Source: Octopus bimaculoides
Taxonomy: Eukaryota
NCBI RefSeq assembly: GCF_001194135.2
Contig: NC_068998.1
Coordinates: forward strand, 54,990,276-55,054,275
DNA length: 64,000 nt
Direction: 5' to 3'
Within the stretch, counting starts at the first letter, position 1; each line of letters opens with the position of its first letter. Below the pieces are notes generated by a model. That model ran no database searches and was not told where the DNA came from. It worked only from the letters and a program-made list of their open reading frames with translations. A program made the position numbers and the translations under genes. This document shows positions 14,350-27,900 of this stretch, piece after piece.

Positions 14350-14900
14350 AAGAAAGGATTATATCACCAAATGCAGTCGTGGACTAACTCCTGCCCTAAA
14401 TAAGCATAATAAAAGTCAGACCCCTCAAGCACGAACAGTTTCAGTGAATGAATTCCACTCTGACCTATTCTTCCAGGCTTTTGTCACAACTATTTCTTGT
14501 ACCAGACATTACACTCATTGATGAATAAACCAATCAAAGATGATTCTTTAGACTTGCAACTATGAATTTCTATTTGTCTAATTCAAAGAATTCTGTCTCG
14601 ACCCCTGCATGGATATTGTCCAGAAGATATTCTATTTCGTATAGTGATGGCATTGTTTTTGTCTTGCTATTTTAACATATTATCAACCATCTGTAATATA
14701 AACATTTTAAATGGATAAGCCTCTCTTGAAAATATCAGCAAATAGATAACAGCCACAAATTAGGAAATAATAGTGTTTGTACACAAATGCTGTATTTGGC
14801 ATCAATAGTATCTGTCATAGTTGCACCATGTTGCAATTGCTTTGTATAATCAAATCATCTTTAATCAGCAGAGATATAACCCTTGGAATCATCAAAAACA
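14350..14900 (-). mobile_element. Decayed Penelope-like reverse transcriptase fragment
   Basis: Frame-broken motifs in PLE RT order: FADIFK..YITD; TMPSLY..IEYLLD..KFIVASLK; LVHDCIW (YVDD-like). Many stops. Confidence 0.45.
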
Positions 14901-15108
14901 ATTGACAATATTCCATTCTTTATTATAACCAAAATTTCCTATCAATAATATGATCAAAATTGTTAATTGATTTCTAACAAAATTATTAGAAATCAATGTC
15001 TTCAAAACAAAAAATGTCTTCCTAACCTTCAAAGTAATTTTTTTCTAAATGTCGTCCGTCTCTTGTTTAGAACCTGTGGCACTGATAGTTGTCTTTTTCT
15101 GTTTCTAG

Positions 15109-15216
15109 TCGGACAACAAGGTTCGAGCTGAAGGACTTCATCAAGTACAACACAAGAATGCTTCATCATCCAAGTTACAACAGTGTGTTGATCATCCATT
15201 AGCAGAAACTACAGAC
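15109..15216 (+). CDS. BNIP2: Probable upstream exon of the BNIP2-family gene (coding phase 0/0, or 5' UTR)
   Basis: ttctgtttctag acceptor and GAC|gtaagt donor. 108 nt, open only in frame 0 (SDNKVRAEG...AETTD), matching the phase-0 start of exon 22597. No homology support. Confidence 0.55.
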
Positions 15217-18200
15217 GTAAGTATCATTCTCACCAACTCTTTTATCTTTATTCAAAGTAGATCCTAAAAGAAATGATTTCAGTTTAGTTTTGAAATATTA
15301 ATGAATCTTTCACACAAATCAACTATTTATTATATTTGACTTGTCTGTTGATATTTCGAATTGGTATAATAATGCTAAAGATGGAAGAGTAAGGCTGCTT
15401 GATAATGCTCAATGGATGAACTTCTGGGGAGGGAAAATTGTACCAAGCACTTATGAGTATGTTTTGGTTATTAGGCAGCACAGAGCTGATTAGGGGAGAA
15501 GAGAAACCAACTGAATTAAGGGTTTGTTAAGAAGTTGATGAGATCACAATATCTTTAAACAATGATACAAACTGTTTTGACTATATCATTACATTTCTCA
15601 TAATCAATCACAGCAAAGCCGGAACATTCAATAAGGCCGTGATCTGTGTTTCATTGATTATTATTTTCAGAGCAGGAATCCATTCAATCAAAGAGGACTG
15701 ATGCAATAGGGTCTGAAAGTAGTAAAGTCAATATTTTCTTCATCCATTTTCTATATTTGGTCGGTTGAAATAGTTGACACGACTCAAAATGACTGCATTT
15801 AAAAAAATAAGAAAGAAAGGAAGAAAGAAAAAAAAAACTTGATTTTAACCCAGCAAGGTTTAACTAAAGCTGTTAAAGACTTGGAAGGAATTAATAATTG
15901 TTGTTATTGGCAATGTGGTACAAAGCGCAACCAGTCTTTCCCAGTTTGACTCTGCTAATATGTCTACACAGTTAATTAATTTTCTTGCTGTCATTCTTAT
16001 CTGCTACAAATGGTTCCTGGTTTCCGACTTAAATACACTTTCTTTTGTTTTTTCTCTCCTTTTCTTTTCTCTCTCTCTCTGTCTCTCTCACTCTCTCTCT
16101 CTCTCTCTCACTAGCCACTGCTGAGAATACAAGTCCTTAAATAAGTATTCAGTGAGATAAACAGAAATGTCTCTATATTTAGATCTTTAGAAGCAAGTCA
16201 TAAGAATTTGACTTGTATTAATAATTCATAGTTAGGATATTGGAAATCAATCCTTCCCTACCTGTTATATATCTGTGTCATGTCTTGCACTAAGTTGAAT
16301 AATAAATTTAAGATGAGTTCCATTAAACTAAATTGACAAATGTTTGAATAAATATATGATTTTATGTGTTCCTATATTTTATAAATGAAAGAAATCTTCC
16401 ATTTTTACTGATCATTAAGTAAAAAAAAAAACTCTCTATAAATCGGATGAGACACATTAAGATAGGAACTTGTGTTTTAAAGATGTTTTTTTCTTCCATC
16501 TTCTTTTTTTATATTGTGTAGGAGGAATTGTGTTTGGGATGGAATCTGATCTAGTGCTGAGTGAATTATCTGAGTTATGGATAAGTGTACTATTTATACA
16601 AAAGAAAAGAAAAAAAAATGAAAACTAGCTAAAATCAATACATTTAATCAAGTGAGCTTGTGTTATGCTGCTGTCTCAATGTGTGTTTGCTGTTAGGAAT
16701 CAAAACAGTGAAGAATAAAAGTTACTAAGGCAACACAATGTGTTTTAGAATTATATAATTGGTGGATGAGGAGGTTAATCACCTAAAACAGGAATGTCTT
16801 CTGGGGAAAATAAATATTTATTGGCAGTTTTCCTATTTTTCTGACAATGTGTTTGCTGCAAAGGCTATAAGCATGCTTTATTCCCATCTGCTAATTAATG
16901 AGACATACAAATATATTTATATAAATAAGTGTTTTAATACCAAGTGACATAAAATAATTATTGTGTCCTCCCCACACACACACACACACACTGATGTTAG
17001 CTTTCATCTAAAAGCTAACATTACAGGCTAAATGATGATTGTTTCCTCTTGATATTAAAAGCATTTATTTAAACAGATTTTTACTTGAAAGCTTTTTGGT
17101 ATTGTTTTAATATTAAGGTGTTATAGTTGTTTTCAATGGAGCAGGAGAGGAGGGGAGATGAATCTGCATCTTTAAAAGACTCTTGAAATTTTGCTTTCTT
17201 GCATTCCATCTGTCTTCTCAGTAAATGTTTGTTAACCTGTGACATTTAACCCTGGTATATTTAAATTTCAATTAATTTTCTTAAAGAATTAAGAAAAGAC
17301 AAAGATCATTAAATGAAAATGAGTGTGAGAGGTGAATGAAAGAGATAACAAATTGAAAATAGATGAGAGTAAGAAGAAAAATAAAATGTGAGGAAGAGAG
17401 GGGAAAATAATGCTGAGTCATAGAAAAATATTTAATCATTAGATGAGCTTCAGTTTGTTGGATATCTCTGAGAACTGATTGTAAAATACAATAAACTAAT
17501 TATTACTTAACAAAATTAGAGAAGGAAGTGTCCGATTGCATTAAATTTAGATAATAGAAATGGGAATTTTGGATTCTTCTGTTTTGTTCATGTCTTGGCC
17601 AAATGGAGAACAATAGCATTGGATACTGGAAACTCTGCAAAAGGAAGGAATAAACCATGAATTATGGGTTACAATTGTACAAAACAAAATATCTGAATGT
17701 TTGGTTAATTTCTAATTAGAGACGTAACCTGACGGCTTTCAGTATGAATGGACTCCTCTGCAAAAACTATCCAAAGCACCAAATGAAACAGATTCTAAGT
17801 TTACAACCAGAGACATTGAACATTGAATATGGTAGAAGTATTTATTAAGCTGAGCACCAACTTTATACAAGGTGTAAATAAGCCTCACTATAAAATCTGC
17901 AATATTCTACAACCATTGACCTACAACTGAGCTAGATGCCTTAAATGTTATTCCATTATGGTGGCTTCTGAAGACAACTGTTTTGTCTACCCATTGCAAT
18001 AGAATATAGACAGATATAACAGTGAAAATAGATTTTATTCCATCTCCAATAATCACTGCTTCTTTGAACATGTTGACTCTACACAACAACATCTAAACAA
18101 AAAAGTACTTGTATCACTTGTGTTTTGACTCTCAGATGTCTTACTAAACTCTTTTCTCAGAAGCACCTTGTTGCTATCAGTGCAAATTAAACAAATTAAC

Positions 18201-20888
18201 CCCTCTCTCACTTATCTTTCTACCCCCACTCTACAAGGGTCTGTCTACGAAGCTGCCAAAATTGCTCTTCTTCTGTAAACATTCTCAAAACAGTTTCCAT
18301 CTATATTAATGTCTATTTTCGGTTAATTGACTTTGTCATTAGCTTTGTCATTGTGTGTGGCAGTAATTTCATTGGATATTATTCAGTAGGAAGAAGCTTT
18401 GCTATTGTCATAGAATGGTTTGAACTATAGCAGTTTGATGGAAGGCCAACAACCACTAAAATTATGCATAAAACACTTTATTACAATAAAGCAATAATAT
18501 ATATTTTTCTCCGTTGTGTCTGTCAATTCTATTGTATTGGGTTGGCAAAATGGCTGTTTCCATGCACCACCATCACAAAAGAATAGCATTTAAGCTATCT
18601 GTTTCTAGAATAACATAGCTCAGCTGTGGGTCAAAGGTTTGTAGAATGGTGGTGGGTGAGGCATTTGTTGTAACATTTAAAACATCTGTGTAAGGAATGA
18701 TATTTTGACATGAGGAAGAAGAGCAGCAGGAAAGACATAGGAATCGTTCTGGACCAAAGAAGAGAAAGTTAAGTAATCATCATCACCATTTGACGTCTGT
18801 TTTCCATGCTGTCATGGGTTGGACAGTTTGACTGGAGCTGGTAAGGCCAGGAGGCTGTACCAGACTCCAGCTGTCTGCTCTGGCATGGTTTCTACAGCTG
18901 GTTGCCCTTTCTTAATGCCAACCACTTTGCAGAGTGTTCTGGGTGCTTTTTAATATGGCACCAGCACCAGCAGGGTCCCCAAGTACCTTGCAAGACAAAA
19001 ATCCCTCAATTGGGAGGAGAAGGAAATAGTACTTAGGAAGTGTGGCTTTGTGCCAGTTGCGAGATTCAAGGTGTAGAAGGGACAGAGATGAAGGTCTTGC
19101 TGCAGAGTCAGCAGGAGGGTGAATTGAAGAGTAAGGCAAAGAGAGGAACAATAGTGGGAGGGAGGGAGGGAGGATGGCAAAGATGTGTCNNNNNNNNNNN
19201 NNNNNNNNNNNNNNNNNNNNNNNTGATAGAAAGGTTTGGGACTGGGTGAGTGGGGCAGGAAAGAGGTGACTAACAAATGGTGGAGAGAAATATAGTAGAG
19301 GCTTGGGGGAAGGAGTTGTGGTAGATATGTGAGGGCATTGCAGGTGGTAGCAAATAAGAGGTGTTAATGATGGAGACCAACACAGCAGAGAGAAGGGGCA
19401 GAAAGGAAGTGATAACGAGGGTGGGGTGGGGGAAGTGTTACAATTAAATATATTTCACGGAGATGATATAAGCATCAGATTAATATCTTTTGTGGTGACT
19501 GAAATAAAAATATCTCATTTCAAGTTTTGCAGTTTTGTGTATAATATTGTTGGTTGTGAAAATGATTTTTGGGGGCAGCAAAAGATTAGAGAACTGCAGT
19601 TATTTTAATGCTTTTGTAAACCATTTGGAAAGTGTGATAACCTGGAAGTTGTTATTCAGAGACCAAACAAGTATTTGTGAGGAGATGAATATTGTATGGC
19701 CATTGCCTTTATGGAAATATAACACTTATGTTTTGATATTGCCAAGAATCGATATATTTTGATAGCAGACATTATACAAGATATTTCTGTAAGTAGCTTA
19801 CATAAACTTTCATTAAAATATACCAATCAACATAATATATAATGGCTGATAAAAGTGTAATTAAGATATTTGCCAATAATAAGAGAGAGAGAGGCATAAG
19901 CCATGATGCAAGAGGATGAAGCGTAGTTTTTCTTTTGCTAATTATTCATAAATACATGAAATATTTGTCTTTGGTTTAATGGGACTTTAAAAAAATGTAA
20001 TGTTAGACATAATGCAAGATATTATGTTGGAAATGCTTAATGAGCTTTGTTCAGAAGTGGCTCCGATTATTGAGTATTTTAAAACACCATACATAATATA
20101 TATTTGACACATTTCCCATTATGAACCCATTGTTTTTTGATATTTTTCATTTAGGTACAACTCGTTCTGTTTTAAATATAAAACAATTACATTTGTTAAA
20201 AACAATTGCTGAAGCTAAAATGTCAACACCATGGCTTCATACTTTCACAAAACTACAAACACTTTCTTTTCTGTTTTACCTTTCATTATACTATAAACTG
20301 TATTGTGGACAAAGCTCTCATTAAACATTTATGCCTTTCTATCTGACAGCTTTTAGGATCAAAATCAAACTGCTTTGTGACTGAAAATCCACAGTTAATG
20401 CATCAGAGAGGGAAACAAAAAATATTCTGTAAAAACTGGAATTGATAATCGTATTTTAGCAGAAGTGTGAAAATGTCTTTTTAAGCAAAACTGTTGGCTT
20501 CTCTGAATTTTAATATAAAATATAAGAGAGAAAGAGAGAAGCGGTTGTGTGTGAGTGTAGCCACACTTTTCTTTTCACTACAAATTGGTGGAACGATTTA
20601 AAAGAATTATTTTTTAAAGCTTTCAATCTATTACAATATGTGTGTATATATGTACATGTATGTATATATATGCATGTGTGTGTGTGTGTGTGTGTGTGTA
20701 TAGACACACGCACACACATATAATTTTTGGAATTGGTTCTCTAAGTACATATAAATCTATAAATAAAAGAATGTAAATATTGAGCTGGAAAACCCTTTTG
20801 GGTAAAAAAAGACAATGGTTGCCATGGTATCGTAACAATATTTCTGTCTATCTACACACACACACACACATACACATGTATGCACTTA

Positions 20889-20937
<49 letters not shown>

Positions 20938-23900
20938 TTAAGATTATGTTCTCGTTTCATTTAATTAAGTCTCTCACCAGCTTTAGGAAATAAATATATT
21001 ACCTTTTTTTTTATTTTATACACCTAATTCGTGTGTACGTGTGTCCTTATTTATTTGTTTCAAAATGTCCTTGTAAATGGACAAGTGTTATTAAAATGAT
21101 CAGAGAAAATTGCTGATGCATTTTAAAATGTTTTATTTTATGTAAATATTGTATTTTCTTTCCTTTCAGGTAAATATATCAATATTTTATTGCTTAAAAT
21201 AATTAAAACTATTTATGGTAATAGAAAAAAAGACCTTTAAAAAAATCTTTGATTCCTAAATAAACGTGGAACACCTTTCCCACAATTTCCCATTCTTAAT
21301 ATAAATAATGTTTTCTGGCAGAATCATTCGAATGCTGGACAATAATGCTTCTCATTAGCATTTCATCCATCTTCAAATTCTGCCAAGGTTGACTTGGCCA
21401 TTCATCCTTTCAGGGTCAGTAAAATAGGTACCAGTTGTACACTGGGGTTGATGATATTGACTTACCCCTTTCCTCAAAATTGCTGGCCCTTAGCCAAAAT
21501 TTGAAACCAATATTAGTTATACTTTGTTTGATTAGTAATTAATGCTATTTCATTTCATTAAGAATGCAATCATGATTAACATCAATTCCTCCCCTACCCC
21601 CACCCCCCACACAATATCAAACTATATTCGACACATTTGTGATCTTCCATTGGCATCATTTTCAGACAAAACCTAGAGATCAACGTCACTTATTTGGCAA
21701 CAGGACATTTAATTAAACACAAGTATAAGCTATTCACACAAGAAAACAACCATTTTCATTACCAGCCAACGAGAGACTCTTTTTGGTAATCATTGTACCT
21801 GCTAGAAACAGCAGCCAAATCGCCTGCAAAATCACACCCCAGCGTCTTAAAGAAAGAGAAACGCATATCATATTGTCCTAGATATGCAAAAACTGTCAGG
21901 ATGAAAAAATGTGATGGTCATGACTGGAATGTCTGCTGGAACATAGCTATGCTGCAACAACAACAACCGTTTTCGTTATTAACAAAAATAAAACAAAGTC
22001 ATATACATTTTTTTATGTTTATAATTTATTGGAATCCATCATTTTTGTCAATGAAAGAAAATTCCCCTTAAACGGTCATTGAAGAGAAGAATCGTTCATT
22101 AAAGGAATTGGGGAGAAGGTTGTGAGGACAGACCTGACAATTAGGTGGGATATAATTAAACAAAATGATTTTTTCTTTATTCAGAGGAAGAAGAGTGATG
22201 ATGGTTGGAAATGCAGGACAAACCTGTCTAGTTTCCCTGGTAGCATCAAAAGATTGTCATTAAAACAATGGTGGCAGTGATCATCATCATCATCATCATC
22301 ATTATAATGAATTTAGTGTGTCCAGTGCTCAGGTGCATTACAACTCAACAGAAAAAGTAACCAAAACTGCATGAACAGTACATAGAATATGCACAGGAAG
22401 GGAACAATGAATAAGTCTTCAAAATGATGATGATGATAATGATTGCTATTATTTCTGACCTTGTTCCTACATTAGAAACAGTCAAAATCAGTTCTGTCGC
22501 ACTGACAGTTCTTTCAGTTTTACCAGAACCAGTTGATTGGTGTTTGTGTTGTTCATAATTTCCAGTTTGTTTTTTTCCCCCTTCTTACTTAAACAGGATA
22601 TGAAACCTTTCCAAAACTCTGAAAACAATTGGCACAATGAAGACGTCTTTATTGCCTCCGACTTATCAACTGCCATGGAGGATAATGCCAAAGTGAAGAA
22701 CAACCCTCAAACTGTTTCATCACATGAAAATACGATGTCCCATCATGCAAATGAAAACAATATTGCAATAAATGATGAAGAAACCCGACCTGGTAAGAAT
22801 TCTTCTAGATTCACTGTTCCTAACATAAAAATGGTTTCTTTTAAATATTTTAATTTTTAATAAATATCAATTTTCATCTTTTCTCAATATATGTGTTTGT
22901 GTGTGTGCGTCTGGTCTCACTATTTAACTCGTTATACACTGTACGGCCAAGTGATTAGTGTGTTGGGCTCGTGATGTTGTGGCTTTGATTCCTAGACCAA
23001 GCAACACACTTTATTCCACTTTATTCTACTCAGCTGCAGTTAGTTACCAGCTGACTTCCAACCCCAGCCTCTCTCTCCTTCCAGTTGTCACATTGTGGGG
23101 GGAGAGGAACGTGTTCATGACTCTAGAGGCATCCAAAGCAATTAAGGAAAGTACGGTGCATGTTGCCAAGTCATATTCACTTGTGAGTGACAGCCATGGT
23201 TTCTGGTTGACACTGCTCGTTATATCAGATTCAATGACATGAGAGAATTCACCTTGAGATGACATCTAGTCTCATTTGTTAACTCTTCATCGATATATGT
23301 TGTCACAAGGCAACCAATGAGATTTCAACTATTTCAAGGTAACACTGACTACTACCTCCTTACTGTTTCTCTAGTAGTGTTAAGAAAAGCAAACAATTCT
23401 TTCTTTAATGGTGTCTGATATTCATGTGTGTGTGTGGTAAAACATGAAATTATATATATATAGTGAATCCAAACAAAGAAGAAAAAACATGAGAACGTGG
23501 TACAAGTGCTGTATTATCAGAGGCTCAGGAAAGGAAGGAAAGAGGATTTTACGTTTTGAGCAAAGCTCTTCTTCAGAAATAGAGGAAAGTCCAAAGAAGG
23601 GAAGATGGAGGGAAAAAATCGCCAATGATACACACATGAAATTTTTATGAATAGAGGCTTGTGTCACAGATGACAGAATCAGTTATGAATGGTGGAGTCT
23701 GTTGGAAGAGATTTTACTAATTATAGAATTATTAATTTTTTCTGAATGAATTAGTTTTCTCTTTTAAAATGTCTTGATGCTGCCTAGGACTTCAGAATAC
23801 ATATGGCTTTTGCATGAAAAATTGTGGAAGAGTTTTACATACATACAACATGCACACACACACATGTAAGAGTCCATAGTTTGAAGTTGGTCATGAACTG

Positions 23901-24901
23901 GTAGAAATGTAAAGATGAGTTTTGCTATAACATAATTTACAGTGCGACCGTCCACTCTCCAAACAATTCGTCCCAAGAAGAAAATCAAACCAAATGTGGA
24001 ATTATTTGATGATGAAGATGTTGAAGCTGACAATTGCACTCCACCAGTTGACTGTATGTTGGGGGATATAGATGACCTCCAAACTCCAGAAGATTTGGAT
24101 ACTCCTGAAGAAATTGATCCAGAAGGCTTGGAAGTTGACTGGGAAAGTATGTTATATTTTTGCACAATATCAATTATTTTCATTTTTTGCTCTTCAGTTT
24201 TTTTTTTCTTTGTTTTTGTTTTTTTTTAATTTCTTTACAAAAATATTCCACCAATATTGTCTTATTTTATTTGTATTGTGAGTATTAAACTTCCTGAAAT
24301 CCTCATTTATATATATATTTATATAAATAGAAATAATACATTTCTAAATCTCTCAGAGAGATTTATGCAGTAGTGATGCGATAAAGTAGTTGTATGCTGT
24401 CAGCTTAATGTATGACAGTCCCACAAAGGGAATAATACTACTGTTATTTAGCCCTAGGAAGTAGCGCCGCTTCCTGTTGGCCTTGACACATTTCTTGTGT
24501 CCTTCTGTTTACAAGGGGGAGACAAGTACCTCCACTTAGCTAAGCCTGCATCCAGAGACATGTTTCTGAGTCTTTGCTCATCATCAGTCTGGAGTAGCAA
24601 TGGCCTGCTATTTTTGAAATAAGTGAATGTGTTTCACTAGAATTATTATATGTCTACGAGAGCCTGACAGGCATCTCCAACTAGCAGGCCATTGCTACTC
24701 CAGACTGATGACGAGCAAAGACTCAGAAACATGTCTCTGGATGCAGGCTTAGTTAAGTGGAGGTGTTTGTCTCCCCCTTGTAATCATAAGGACACAGGAA
24801 ATGTGTCAAGGTCGACAGGAAGCGGTGCTGCTTCTTAGGACTAAATAGTAGTAGTATTATTCCCTTCATGGGACTGTCACATTAAGTTGACAGCATTCAA
24901 C

Positions 24902-24932
<31 letters not shown>

Positions 24933-27900
24933 ACACATAAAGGTTCAGTACTGTTCACTCTCTTTGAAGATACATGTGTCCTTTCATCTTCATAACTCTT
25001 TCTTTTCCAACTCTTCAAGGTGAAACTCCATTAGAGTCTCCCAATACCATTCCTGAATACACTGCTGAACAAGAAAATGCTGATTCAAAACACTGGAAAT
25101 CAATTGTAATTGGAGAAAAGCATTTCCGTATTGATATGAAAGTAGTGGAACCTTACAAGAAAATATTATCTCATGGAGGTAAGGATTCTGGGTTCTTTTT
25201 ATTGGTCCATCCACCATGGAATAACTTTTGTCTGTGTGTAGCATTTACCATTTCAGAAATGAGTCTGTTGCCAGTGAGAGTGTGTCTGTGGAAGTAATAG
25301 AGAAATTGAAGGAATGAATAAAAAAAGATGATTCAATGTTGGAAGTGGTCTTGGGTGTGTTGCTTCTGCTTTGGACATTCAGAAGAACAAATTTCTGGTT
25401 TCTGGATAGTAAGAAGCAAATGGTGAAAGATAGAGTCTGTTATAATAGCAGAAGAAGAGGCAGAAAGAGTAGGATGACAGATTAGGAATTGGAGGTTTAC
25501 ACTAAAACAAGGTTAAGCAATTAACTATATTTCTAAATATAATTTAGGTCATTAAGTGATAGAAAGAAGTACACCATCACAAATTAAAGAAAAAAAGGTG
25601 CACTTACTTAAAGCTGATTCTTATCTCCAGAATAAACACCATGAAATGAAGGTGGCTGGTCCATACCGAAACCCGTTGTGTTGGTTTCAGACATGATACA
25701 TTGCTACTAACAGCATGTGAGCTGCTAAATTCTTGGTTCTTGGTTGTCTAAGAGAATCAACAGCTTTCTAGATCATATCTGAGTCCTCAATAACCATTCA
25801 GTCAAAATATTTCTATCTCCTGAAGCTTGAGCCTGCTTAAACATAGCTGAGATACTTAACAATATGTCTAGAATGTGTGTAAATTCTAGCTATTGTTTCC
25901 TTATTGATTACAGAAGGTAAGTTCTGTACACAATTTCAAGTGTTCTCCATAACTGAAAATAGTTTTTCTTTTCCCTTTGTTGAACTCAATTGTATTTCTA
26001 TTGATTGTGGTTGAATTTCTGTGGCCTTCATTGCAGTAATAAACTACTTCATGCATTTTTTATCAGTTCAGGCTTCTATCATTCCATCACCCTTTCTTAC
26101 ACATTATTGGTTTTGTATTTTGCTGAGTTCTTTTTTAGATTTTCCTGTAATAAATATTAACCCTTTTGCTACCAGGTTGCTTGACACTTGCCTCTGCTTC
26201 TCTCATACAAAAACCAGCATATTTCAATGAAAACTTTTCATCATAATTTTAAGAGTTTATTTTCAATATTAATTGAAAGACACTCATTAGCAATAGAGTC
26301 ATGAAAGGATTGAATGTGTTAAAAGCCAGTTCTGCTCAAAGTTATTTCGATTTGGTTGAAGAGTTTCTCCCTTTGGTTGTAATTTACCAGGTTCTGTTAA
26401 ATAGGATTACTTTTAGCTTGTGTGATGTTTAAGTTGTAGCTCCAAGGATACCAAAAATCTTCAGTTCAAAAATGATTGTTGTGGTCACTCCAGTAGTCTG
26501 TAGAACACAGAGGAAGCCTTTATATGGTTGCTAGACTCTAAGAAATACTAACTAAATCTTACTCAAATCATATCCTACTGTCAGAGAAATGTAGTTTTGC
26601 TTGTTCAGAAGTCATCTGGGATGAATGACAATGACAGTCACATGACAAGGCTATCTATTTCCTCCTTTTGAAAGGTGGTGGGCATGGATTATTGCATGCT
26701 TGTTTCCCATTTCATTTTTATTTCATTTATATTTGAGTTCTGTATATATTGTTTGGAAAATATATGTTTTTTTATTCAAATACTAACTATAAAGTATTGA
26801 TTTACATTGTTGCATTTATTTCCATTTTTAACTTTATTTTCTATTCTAGGTTATATGGGTGAAGATCTCAATGCAATCATTGTTTTCTCTGGTTGTTTCC
26901 TTCCGGATCGAGGACGAAAAGATTACAACTATGTTATGGATAATCTTTTCTTGTGAGTTAAAACAGACGTTGTGTTGTTTAAAGTAACGAGCTATATACA
27001 TTAGCTCATTAATGCCGTTGAAATTTAAATCTATCTTCTTTGCTATCATGACTGAAATACTGTTAAGAAAATGTTGAAGTTGTATATTAATTAAATTTAC
27101 AACTAATTTTTAATAATTACTACCTTCCTTCAATTTCAGTATCATAGCCTTTGATTTCTACAAATGCCATTAAAAGACAGGAACCATAAAAGACAAGTTT
27201 TCGTATCTATTTTCACTGATGTCATGTAAATGATAAATTAGTAAAGTATGTCACATTGCAAGAAAATTAAAATAATTAAGTTCAATTTGAATTAAAAGAC
27301 ATCGTATTAAAGTGTTCATTTCTTGTACACTCAGTTATTTAAATATTAGACATTTCAGAGCTTTGATAAAAACAAAATTTTTAATAAATGGCATTAAGTG
27401 CCATTTATTAATGCTGCAGATCTTGAAGAATGTCTCTCAATGTTTAGCTTTTTGTTAATTGTTTTATACTTTTAATGTTCCTAAATATTTTAATTATGAT
27501 TTAATGACAGATACGTAACAAGTACTTTAGAGCAACTCGTGGCTGAGGATTATATGATTGTGTTCTTTCATGGTGCCACACCTCGCCGACAGATGCCTGG
27601 CTTCAGCTGGCTGAAGCGATGCTACCAAATGATTGATCATAGGTAATCAGGTTTTACAAACTCACTCACGTTCATTTTTCAGGTGTGTGTGTGTGTGTGT
27701 TCAGTAGACCCTAAAATGAAAAAGTTGTTATTAAATATAAAATAAAATCTAAACAAAATGAATCTATTTGTCATTGATAAAGGGTTGAAGGAATTCAGTG
27801 GTTTTGCTGTTGAATGAGATTTACTTTGGTTGTTCTTTTAAGCGTGTAAAGTAAGATGATGAATTGGTGGAATCAGTAGAGCACTGAGAAATATAATGAG

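Larger units (their letters stand above)
24385..24905. mobile_element. Fold-back element (~225-bp inverted arms, ~70-bp spacer), probably a Penelope-like pLTR derivative
   Basis: Arms 24385-24610 and 24682-24905 are reverse complements with scattered mismatches; each carries a hammerhead; (TA)n follows. PLE origin is inferred from the hammerhead type. Confidence 0.8.

Noticed and set aside
18535-18560. tattgggttggcaaaa mariner-like TIR
   Set aside because: No partner TIR or transposase sequence identified nearby.
22185-22260. Possible extra BNIP2 exon
   Set aside because: Weak donor (gtagca) and no homology; not needed for frame continuity.
23764-24183. 139-aa minus-strand Ser-rich ORF
   Set aside because: Antisense shadow of the BNIP2 acidic exon.
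25640-25685. TGAAGG..CCGAAAC hammerhead-like remnant
   Set aside because: The CUGANGA core and stem I are absent; too degenerate.
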